Origin: Phoronis australis
Taxonomy: Eukaryota; Animalia; Phoronida
Direction of reading: 5' to 3'
DNA: 64,000 nt
NCBI GenBank assembly: GCA_002633005.1
Contig: NMRA01000433.1
Location: 248,001-312,000 of the forward strand
Below, piece by piece: positions 14,101 to 26,100 of the stretch. How positions within the stretch are numbered: the first letter of the stretch is position 1; each line of letters starts with the position of its first letter. The notes beneath the pieces were generated by a model. That model did not search any database and was not told the origin of the DNA. It saw only the letters and a list, made by a program, of their open reading frames with translations. Both the position numbers and the translations under genes were made by a program.

Positions 14101-17100
14101 TGTTTTTCATTAAAACCTGACACTGAGATCACTGCTACTGATATTGAAGGGTTTAAACTAATGGTTGGAGAGTTGTGTCTGGCATGAAGTCAACCAGTAA
14201 AGATAGTGTAACTATGGATACTGATGCTATAAAACAGGATGAGAAATGAGGAGAAAACTGTTGAAAAGGCATGTGCAGTACAGTTCCTTGACTAGAATAC
14301 ATTTATTGAAACTCAGAAATTGCTATTTTAAATTTCATAGTAGTAGCTAAATATTTTCAAGTGCTTTACAATTTAAGATAGCTTTATTGTGAGTCCAAAG
14401 TGACATTTTCACAGAAATGGTACCGTGGAACATTTGGAAAGGAATGGCTAAGTTGTGCTGACCGGATTTATCAAGTTCATTTTAGAGTCCATGAACCCTA
14501 CTTTCAACACATGGGTCAGCCATAACAACCCTGAAGTACTTCATGTTGTTTGTTTGTAAGCAGTGTCTTGTAGTTCCAACAAAAATATTTTGAAATAAAT
14601 TCAAAATACAAAATTCATATTAGCATTCCAATTCAGTGCCATTATTTATTGGAGAAAAACAAACAGAACAGTTCAACCACAAAAAGTAAGGGCAATTGGT
14701 GAATTTTTTTGGCACGTGGACAGGCAGCCCAAAAGACACACTCTTCCATATGAACATGGGTGACATGCTCAACATTCCTGGGCCACTTGTAAAACAATTG
14801 TCTCTGACTTGTGTCAACAAGTTTAACCCTTCCAAAGTCATCCACAAGGTTGTTGACATCTTGTTAAAAAGCAGTGAGTCTGGTCATTCTAAACTAATTT
14901 GTGGACACTGGTAAATTTATGAGTCTTGAAGAGACATAATTTGACAGCTTGGTTGTGAGTACAACTCAAATATAGAACAAAGAAACAATGATATGAAAAC
15001 TGGTGAGAGGCAAAGATTAATGCTGCTTTCTCACCAACACGGCAACTCCCCCAATTATCCTGTTTCGGCCAGTGGGAAAGAGTAAGTCACAGATTTTAAT
15101 AGCTATCACAACTCCTTTCAAAATGGGTGCAGTGGCAAAGATTAACATAATCGCAAGGGGTCAAGGTACAACACATGTATTCAGTGAGAGTGAGAAAAAA
15201 CTAAGCCACCTGGTGTTTAATCCCTAGAACTAGCACTAACTGCAGTGTTTCTACCAGAGAGGAGTTAGTGGTAAAGTTAACTGAGTTGTGGTGGATTTAA
15301 AATTCTGGAGCTTCCCTAATGAGAAAGCAGAGATCCTGATTTTTCACAATATCAGACAACGAACAAAATTCAAGGAATCTGACTTCTGGGACAGATGAAC
15401 TTAGTAAATGTGGAATTCTAAATTCATTGATAAATAACACTGAAATTAAGAAAAACAAGGTCTACATTAACCCCCAAAATTAGTTACGTACATTCCACCA
15501 ACAGCGATGTCTGTGATGGCGTAGAAGTAGGATCTTAGCACATCCCTGTCACCAAATACTTCGTCACCGAATGTGTTCATCCTGTTGAGAACAATCTTGA
15601 TGTCCGTGGCCGTCACCCATTCCTACCAAAACATGTGCAGTCAACGTCAAAATGTCACAAACGGCAAGAAACAAAATTTAGTATTTCATGCTGAATTATG
15701 TCAGTTGAAGAGTGCCACGACACTCACTTGGGTTGTTTGTCTAATTTTGTACTACCAAGCAGCTGGTGTAGGATTTTGGATAATGGTGAAATTTCAGAGG
15801 CTCAATTTACGATGAACATGTATTCCACCCAAGGTGGTGCATGACATCAGAGAGCAGAACGCAGTTTTCAAAGTGATAGTATAATGCATGTAATTTCCTA
15901 ACCTATTTAGTTGGTATGACAGACAAATGACATTCTAATTTGTTGAAATTCCTTGACAAAAATAGAGATTTCAATCTTTCTTTTTTGTTAGAAATCGATC
16001 AAAATCTCCATATCAACATCTGTTACCAGCATGTGTAGATGTTGTGAAATTAATTAGTAAAATTCCATTATTTGTAGCAAGCCAATCAGCCTTTGTAAAA
16101 TTGAAAATGACAATTTTGGCTATTATTTCCGCGGAGAGTTATGGTATCTCTGACATCCAGTGTCACATTAATAGGTCCAACAGCATTTAATTTTGCAACA
16201 AGTCAATAATAACCCTGTCCTGAATATCACACGTTTTGTCACAAGCTGTGAGTACAGGTTACAGTAAAGTTTCCTCAAATCCGAACAAAAATAATGGACA
16301 AAACTTTGATTTTTCAAATAGTCACTGTATTGCCAACATGTTCAAAAATGTCACCGTGTGTTTGTTCATGGCAGCCACACTGTAGAAAGTTTTCAAATAA
16401 TCACGTAAAATTGTCTCTTTTTCACTGTCGTTGAACTTTTTGATAAAACAAAATTTTCCTGTTCCGCCATACCATGTTCTAATTTGAACAAACATCGCCC
16501 TACTTTGTGCCTACAGCGCAACACGATCAAAGACTGTGAAGTCAGTGACAGCAAACTTGACAATTTACATAGATTGTTTAATTTTACCTTTCATTTGTCA
16601 TCCTGTCAATAAGTTTTACCTTATATTGATGGGGTCAAGACCCCTGCTTGAAGTCAGAAAGCCTGGTTTTTAAATATGTTTATTTGTTAAATTGGGGAAG
16701 GTTGTCTTACTACAATACTGTGAGCAGAAGTACAAATCAAACAAAACTGAATTGTTTGGACAGTTACATGATACTACTAGAGAAATTGTCAGTTTGACAA
16801 CCCATTTATTTCCAAAGTGGCTCAACAAAACACCCCACAGTGCACAATATCTGATTTGTTTTGAAACATCATAGTAATCCCACCAACATTAGCTAGGCAT
16901 GACTTCAACTAACCTATACCTCACCTGTAAGATGGGGCTATTTTCAAAGTTCCGCATGCTCGGCCTGCCCTCTAGTGTACTAAACGGAACCTCGGCGCCT
17001 GTGAGAGGTGATATGTCACTGTAGTCGTCAGTACAGATAGCGTACGTTTCATCCTCGGGTGTGACGAGCCCGTCAGTGGGGCGGCGGTAGGTTTTCTCGC

Positions 17101-20100
17101 ACGTTCCACTGTAAAACTGGTAGGGAATCCACTCGCCGTCTTCACGCGTCTTCTTATAGATGGCGAAACTCTCAGGACGTGGAGAGTGGAATTTCAGTCT
17201 GATGTAGGTGACGTCGTAAGATTTTCCTGAAATGACAAGTTCCCATGTGATAACCCAAAAAAGTTTAATATCATTCTATTCCCTACACCAATCATCAGCA
17301 CAAGTTAAGGGGTCATGGCAATAATCTAGAAACAGATAAACATTTTGGTCCTCTAGAGTTGTAAATCAACTAGGTCAAAACACATAAATCATTTTTTAAC
17401 TTGCTGTGATATGAATACAAAAATATTGAATAAATGCTTGTTACTTCCGACAAGTAGTGTAGCTACAGAATAGACCTTTACTTTAATTACGGTCAAATTT
17501 TGCCAATTTCAGACAAATGTAATTGCAAAAATTGGTGTTTTTCCCACTTTTCAAAGGGTAACATTGTTGTGAATGTCGAGAACCCCCATTTTATGGCAGT
17601 TATGGTACAGGTCTTTGAGAACAGCATAGCATTTATTTGGTACTATGTATCTTTCATTGAAACAAAAATAAAAAACAACATTCAACTTGTCGGCCATGCT
17701 GTCTCTCAAAAATTCTGTTTTTAAGCACCCATGCACAGGTAAACCCCACAGCCTGTTTTCTTACCTCTCTAAGAGGAATGTCCTAGGTGTTAACCCATTG
17801 GAATAGGGTAGTACAAAACCCCAGCAAACATACACAGTTAAAATGGGTCATTTATAAGAAACCATACACTCACATTGCACTAATTCTCATCCACAATAGC
17901 TAGACTATGGTAAATTCTCTATTGTAGTAACCACAAAACAGTATACACTGGCTCTTATCTGTCTCTGGTTAACAGCAATAACAAGGGACCACAAACAGAG
18001 CTAGGTGGTCAGAGGGTTGCTCTAGTTTATCATAACAAAGGGAACATCTGGGAAAACTTGGAGCTGGAAGGCAGAGTGTATGGGTGGACAGTAAAGGTCA
18101 CCTAGGTATGACCAAGTAGACATTTTGGTGGAGTCTGAAGGGTGTCTGTGGCTGAAGACACATAGTCATGTGTTCAGAATATGAGTAACCAAATGTAGCA
18201 TTAAAGATGTTAAGAATTAGAGGATTTATTTTATTCACCAGTCTTCCAGAGAAGCAACATTTCAAACATGGACATGAGCCTAAGAAATTGGGTAACCCAT
18301 TTTGGACTCAGTGTTTATGAAATTCTGAATGAACCTCTGGTTACAGGCCTTTTCAAGGCTCCAAAATTTTCAACATTGTGCATGAGCACATTTGAATAAT
18401 GTTGGGCAGTCACTAGAGTGCCGTTTATACTAACAAAGTTGACACGGATCAGCTGACACAGAACAAGTTGTTCCAGTGTGTAAACGGACTGACACCGTGC
18501 AAATTGACACCGCGGTGACAAATTTTTGTCATCCGTTTGTGAGGTAGAGTAATTTGCGCCCGAACATCTTGCGCCGTGTCAACTACAAGTCTAAACGCGA
18601 AACTGAAGTAAGGCGGAAAGGATCATCTCTACTGCGCTTGTGCAATGACCTACGTACGGGTTCTTTGTCTCTACAACTCTCGTCATTTGTAAACCTGCGC
18701 ATGTGCGATCCAGTCTCTCCAGCCTTTAATTTCTGTCTTGCCACGGTTAGTGAGTTCTGTGTGTAAATGGCCGCTTGACACGGGTCAATTTGCTCTGTGT
18801 CAGTTGTGCCGGGCCAAAAGTTGATGTCTAAACGGGACTAAGGTAATCCAATACTAGTGAGAGCACAAGAACCGACTTCAGCTTGACCTCCTCTCAAAAT
18901 ATATTGCCCCAATGAGGGACAGTGTGAATGGAATGCATGATGTAAAACTTAACAAACCATATAACATACCCAAATATACTGTCAGACTACAGCTGAGAAA
19001 CAAAAACATTTTCTTTTCAGTGTGTCCAAACAACTGCGCAATGGCCATAATAATATCATTTCTTAGACAAAAAAAAAACAAATTTCACTTCTGGATTTTT
19101 TGCACACACACGATTTAAACATTCATGACTTCTGCCTACCAAAACCCACATACGGTATTATACATATACAGTCCATGGTCTATATTCACCCTATGGTCAG
19201 CTCGTGCATGTAAGCACAGCTGGTACAAAGACAACTCAAATTAACCATTCAAGGGCATAATAAAATTATTAACACCATGAGCCTTAAACCTGATTAAGTA
19301 TGGGAAACTACCGAAATACACTGAACTGACTTTTTGCAAGAAGAGAATTACTTGCATCTTGCAGCTAACTTGATGCTGTTCAGTGGGAATTCACTCCTGT
19401 GAGTGAGCCTGGTGCCTATCATTCAAAAATCTTCAATGAGCTCATGCTAGTTGTCCACCTGCAGGACGAACAACCTTGGGAAAGATAGAACATAATGGTG
19501 ATTTTGCCCAACTTTTCTGTTAAGTTTGGAAACCTCGCAATTGTCCCAATGAAACCCAATATACCCATATGCCTTGTGTCAGTGGGCAGTAATACACTGG
19601 AGGAAGAATTTACACCTCATCATGTCAGACCATCCAGCCTTTCCTCTCTAAAAAGAAAGCAAGGTTGCATAACCAGGTATCAATGGCATATTAGTCCTTT
19701 TCAGCCTGCACAAAAGTCAGGGTCTCAAGAAAGCTTTTGATAGAATGGACCACCATTAATAACATGAATGAGGATATGAATGGACCATTTCCTGTCAATG
19801 GAAAGGCATATGACAACTGAAATGAAATTGATATCCTACCCAACCTTTTTACCATTGGAGATACCAGGAGAGATGTCAGCATCATGTACTTTGCTTTGAG
19901 AAGCTGGATTTCACATAATGATGATGTTCAACAGGAAATAAGATTAGCAAAAATTAAGCACCGTACTGCTAAACCTGTTGGATTAGGAATTGCTAAATCA
20001 TTTGACAAAACTTGTTCTTCTACATAAAGAAAACCGTTTAGTAACGCCGAAGGTCTGTAAAAATGCTACATATTTAAACAGGGGTAAAACGAAAAATAAT

Positions 20101-23100
20101 GACTTGTGTATTTAACAAGAGGTGCCGATATGAAGCTGAGCAAATAAAGATGGTAATGGAACATTGTAATTTCTTATGCTAAGTCACCATACAACAGTAG
20201 TAGGTCAGTTCAAACTGTGCAAGTTCGAGGTAATGAATCAAGCCATACAACAAGTAATCACAAGGGGAAGGTTTATACATGTAGTTAGAACCAGTTTGAT
20301 GCCTGTTATTCAGTGTAAACAGTTCCATTGTTCTTCACAACCTGCTTTGACTCGTGATTGCGTCGAGTATGAATTTTGTCGAAACGAGTTTCAAGTACTT
20401 ACATCAAGTTTGAAGACCTACGCAACAAGTATTTTGAGAGTGTCATTTACTAAGTAAATGGGGGTATTTTGGACATTTGGTTCAAGTTTAATGTATTTAT
20501 TCCAAGACATAATATACTAACTCCCCACTTAATTGACACAGACATGAATTTTGTGATTCCGCTTGAGCTTGAATTTTCTGTTCGAGTGGAGAAAAATGAA
20601 CTGACCCTCAAAATGCCGGGGCCCCTGTGATTATTTCCTACATCCCCACGAACTGTACACGAATAGAAACATGTATAAAGAACGAATGTAGCACCCCTAA
20701 AACAAAGGTTTTCAAAGACTCCTCTCTATGTGGCTAAATGCTTCAAACCACACCCAAGATGCCAAGTCTGTTGATATTCTGAGGTCAATTAACAGTTGTG
20801 TGCTGGAGTTACATTTTCCTTGCTGTTCAGACTAGGAATAATATAAAACCAATTAATAGCAGTGGAAGCATGGATCAACAGCTGGTAAACAAATGAGGGG
20901 TATTGCTGAGCAGGCACCAGAAGTATGTGGTGTGAACCTGCAGCTAAACAGGTCAGAGGAATGTGAACACTTGATTGGACTGAACCCAACAGAGCACAGC
21001 AAGCCTATTTCCTAGCACTAAAATTTTGTTCTCTGTTGATGCTCCTGGCGATTCCTGCAAACCGGTTCTAATTCTCATCTTTTTCAGAGGTAGAAAAATG
21101 CATTGTATTATTGACCTAGTTTTTAAAGGTCGGTTGCCAAAGCATCACTGAGGCAGTCTAGCAAGAGAAGAAGAATGATTTTTGAGGTCTTACTGAAGCT
21201 CTTCAGATTCGTACCAATGCCTGCAATGGAACTATCTCCCTGTGGAACCAGTAAAACTTACAGTGGATGTGAACTCAACCTCCATTATAAACAACAGCGT
21301 TCGATTTAGACCGCTTACCGTTACGAAATTGGTCCCAACTTGTTTCTTACTCAAATTGAAATTGGAAATGTTATCAGGACATCAAAAGAACTGAAAGTTC
21401 ACTATTGAGATCAGGCTCCACAAGTTGATTTGTCACGCCATGTTGTTTTACGAACGGAGCATGGTCTCAATGAATAATGAACTGACAGTTCTTTGTCAGC
21501 CCAAAAATCACTTCCCCTTTTTTGTCACTCTCATGTATATACCATAAAAAAGTTTTTATTTATTTATTTATTTTTAATTCAGTCTGTAAATCCAATTTGT
21601 AAATACTGTTTAATGTAATGTATCTTAATTTAATCTGTTTATCTATCATAATTTAGTTAATTTAATTTTTGCTGCAGAGGACCATGCTGGATATTAGCCT
21701 TTGGCTAAGGCATGTTTTATATTGTATTTTATCCTCTATAAATAAAGTCTATTACCATTATTATTATTACTATTATTATTATTCTCACCTGACAAAGGAA
21801 CATGTTGAGATCAATTTTATAGTCATGTGAGGTCTAAATCAAAGGTTGTCTTCTTGGACATAAGGTGGGTTTACAGCTGATTTGATGGGCATTTGAATGA
21901 CAAAGGACAAACCAATAAATAGTCACTAGAATCACAGCGGTATACAACAGGGAAACAAGTGCCCTATAGATGCACAGCATTTTGGGTAAATACAACGGAA
22001 TCAGAAAAGGTGCTGCACTATCATGGCAAGTGACTATTCCAAAAATGCATCACTCACTTCCGATGTGTGACTGCGAATTGCTCGAGGTACCGGTAATTAC
22101 GTGGTACATCTTTACTGACCACATTTTCAAACATTTTTGCATTTTTAACATCTCATCTAAGTTTCTAAATGCATATATGCCCAATGGAACGAAATTTCAC
22201 ATATTTATTTCATGATCCAAGGCTGTGGGAAACATGACTTGGTTTATTTGTCTGCCTCCCTCCACAGACACCACACAAATAGGAAGTCAACAGCAGATTA
22301 GATTTCTTAGAAACCATTATCCAAAATCAAAAAATACACTTTTTTGAAAAATGACCACATGATCATAAACAACCGAGTGCCACTTTAAGGCATAAATTCA
22401 CATTTCAGTCACTGAGTGAAAATTCTCCAATTTGGGACAGTATCTAAAATTTGTAACATCAAAGTTAATGCTGAATGGGAATTTTCTAGATTTTGAAGAT
22501 TGGGGACATGGGCGATTTTGGTGTCCTATTTTTCAAATTTCGAACAGTGCGATAATACAGTATAATTACTTTTTGCACAAGTTTTCAAACTGAATGTCAA
22601 ATTTGTCACAACAAAATTCAAACTCCACCGAATAAGCCTATATGTGAAACATTTCATTAAAACCAAGGAGTCTGTGTCTAGATTATTTTTAGAGTAACAC
22701 AGCTGAGCAAAATGTTTTTAGACATAGGTGTCTATAGTGTTTGTCCAAAATCTGTCAAACCATTCATGTACACCCCATATACACCAATAGATCCTTGCCA
22801 TGGAACTTGAATGCCAGGAACATATGGTGAGTGTAGTGGATTCTACCAGACCAGACCAGTACAATGTCACCATCCAAAACTATGCAGCTAACCTAAGTGG
22901 GCGTCCAATTAACTGAGAGCAGATGGTCGAACAAGGCTTCAAAGACCAGCCCAGTGTATAGTGAATGGGAAGGCTGATTGGAAACACAGAGATGGCCTTG
23001 TGCTGGAGTGATGTCATACAAGGTCACAGGGGAAAGTGGGACTGGTCAGCGTGTACTGACATGATGTCCATGTTGACCAAGATGGAAAGACAGGAAATAC

Positions 23101-26100
23101 CAGACATAAGTTAAGGTGGTGATTCTAACGTAGTACACTGTTGCCAAGAAAGATCAATAGTTTAAGCTGTATTCTCCATGGTGCTGCACCCTCCTTTAAC
23201 CCCACTTGAAATTTCCAGCCCTCTTTTCCATCCTCTCAAATTTTGTTGAACCAGTTTATGTTCACAGCCTTAATGTGATGCTGTACATGAACAAAACCCT
23301 TCTCAGGTGTGCATCACTACATTCAGATTGGGTAAGGAATAAAATTTCACCAAAATACAGCGTTTTCCACAACCTGTTTCGGCTCGCCAATTTTGTTATA
23401 TGAGTTTGGCTTACTTGAGTAAAGTTTGAAACCTGTGCAATGAGTTCGAAATATTGGGAGATTGGTAGTTTTCGTGTTGATGCCTGAGTTCAATGCATTT
23501 ATTTCATGACTTAACACAAAAAACTCCCCGCAATATGGGCATGGATTTTCGAACATATAAACTCTGAAATTCCACTACATTTTGAAATTTCTATTATGGA
23601 AAGCACTGAAATGAAAGAAATAAGCTCTTTATTACCAAATTTTTCATGGGGTAGGACACAAAATCTTCGAATGGAAAGGGGTGATTAGATACAGTTTCCA
23701 CCCTTTTTGATTTCAGGAATTGGATAACCTATCAAATTCTTTGAAAAGTTTAAAAATGACAAATTCGGATATTCGGACAAAGCACAAGAACACCGTGAAA
23801 TTGATTTGGAAAAGCAAACATGTATGCGATGAAAGTTGATGTTTTGACACCCAAAATACGATTAATAACGGCACTAACTACCAGATAATGACACGTTCAA
23901 TTGACATTTCGATGAGGCAGTGGTGTCCTGCACAATTCACAAAACTATAGCCTAACAATACTTCTCTTGTCACACCTATACCATGGCAAAGATAGTTTAT
24001 AAAATTACACCTATATAAAAACTTAAGGCAGCAGTTGTGTGTCTTAATTCAACTGGCTGTCTTTACAAGATTTGCACAGGTGAGGTAATATAAGGCAAGA
24101 AAGGTCCAGCCAAACACACATACTTTACAGCTGTTGTATTGAGTATTGTGAGGCCAGAGCAGTATTAGTGCAGGAGAGCCATTGACAGTAAATGACCTGT
24201 GGTTAACAGGGTCAATTGTTGGGCAGTCAAGTGTACTTACCAGACAAGTAGAAATGGACTGGGGGAACAAACTAAGGAGATATGTGATGGCAATATACTG
24301 GGTAGACAGTGCTGCCATCTGAGGTGGGGAAGTAAAGACAGCGGTTATCTCATACGACCAACAGAAACCAGAAGCTTCTCCTTAAATAATGCCTCACAAT
24401 GACACAATGTTGTCTATCGAGCACGGGAGACCATTGGAGGACGGTCGTTTGGCGCACAACTTTTACATTAAATCTTAAACGATTTTGTTCATGGAAATCA
24501 TGAAGGTACTATTTTCTGGTAGTCCCTCTTACAAAATTAGATTTTTTTTAAACAATTTCTCCATGGTAGCAAGTAGCAGCATATATTAAAGAAAACAACA
24601 ATGGTTTTAAGTCGACTTGACAGGTTTCGGTGTCATTTATTCAAACACCATCACCAGAAGAGAGAATGCAGTGTCCACCTAGCTAGGCCGAGCAACAATT
24701 CCTAAGAGCGTTTCACAGAATACCGCCTTCATAAAGCATTGTACTTGAACGTTTCTCATGAATACGATCAGCCCTTTCTGAGATATGATGTTCCGTTATA
24801 ACATGGGTCTCGTAATATCATCTTGTCCATGGATTATCTAGAAATGATTTCTAGGCTTGTGAAAAACTGACAGGTTGTTATCAGCTTCAGAAAAGTCTCA
24901 GTAAGGCGTCACCAGAGGCCTACCAGTATCTCTAGGGTACTACAGTCTCTAGTCAGGCTCAAGGATATGGCCACCACGGGAATTCAAGGTAATTCATTTG
25001 ACTAATTGAATTAAAACAAAGGAGAAATACACAATATACCTTGTTTTATAGTTAGTACTCAGGTGGAGAGATTTGATTCTTGTAATACCAGGAGTATGTA
25101 CCATGAAAAGAGAATTATGGACTGAAATGTGGTCTTATGCTTCCACTTCGCAATCACGGAATTAAGTTTTAGCCAAGTAATTATAGGCTGGTGAGTGGTG
25201 ACAATCTAAGTGAGTACCAGTTACCACAGTTCTCCACAACCTGTTTTGACTCGTCACTGCATCAAGTTTGAATTTTCTCATGAGGAGTTTGGCTCCCTTG
25301 CCTCGATACAACCAGTTTAAAGTTCAGGGAGACCAGGACATTTTGGCCTTTTGGTAGCAGTTCTATGCATTAGTCCAAGACATAACACACAAACTCTCCA
25401 TATAGCATGGACATGGGTTTTCAAACGCGTACATGAATTTTGTAATTCCAATCGAATTAAAACTACCTGTTGACAAGAACACTGAGTTTGGTATATATTC
25501 TCAGAGAATTTGCATTTTTGCTCACATGAGATGGGATTATTTTTCAAGAACAGTTACGTAAAGCATTAAGACCAAATTTCTGAATTAGTCTAAGTGACTT
25601 TCCAAGAAACAAACTTCTGAACATGGTTTAAAGCTGCTTAAAACAACCTAAAAAGCACCTTATGTCTAAGGTATTGCAAATAGGAAACAAGACCTTCAGA
25701 CAATAGCTAGCAATCAACAGATGTGCTGCCACTTGATACAGTTGAGCTTGCTATACAGGAGAACTAGAAACCAGTCCTCAATGATTCAGCAGGGTAATCC
25801 AGCTTTAGCTTCCAAAGGAAAACAAGCCTTCATTCATGAAAACACACTAACCCATTCATAGACTGGGGTTTATTGTGGACATGTACAGTTGTGGAGTACA
25901 ATAGGGAGGAAGTGTAGAGGGAAGTGCTCATAAGTTGAGAGTTTGTTCCTGGCTGGGCTCTGGGAAAGTCTGTAGGTGCGTGAACGCACGCCGGGGGGTC
26001 GCCGCATCAGTGTGAGGTCATGCTCCAGGCATTTCCTGGATCCACTCAGGAAAAGACTCTCAAGTGCCGGACGGAACATAGGAGGTAACGGTTTTGTCCG

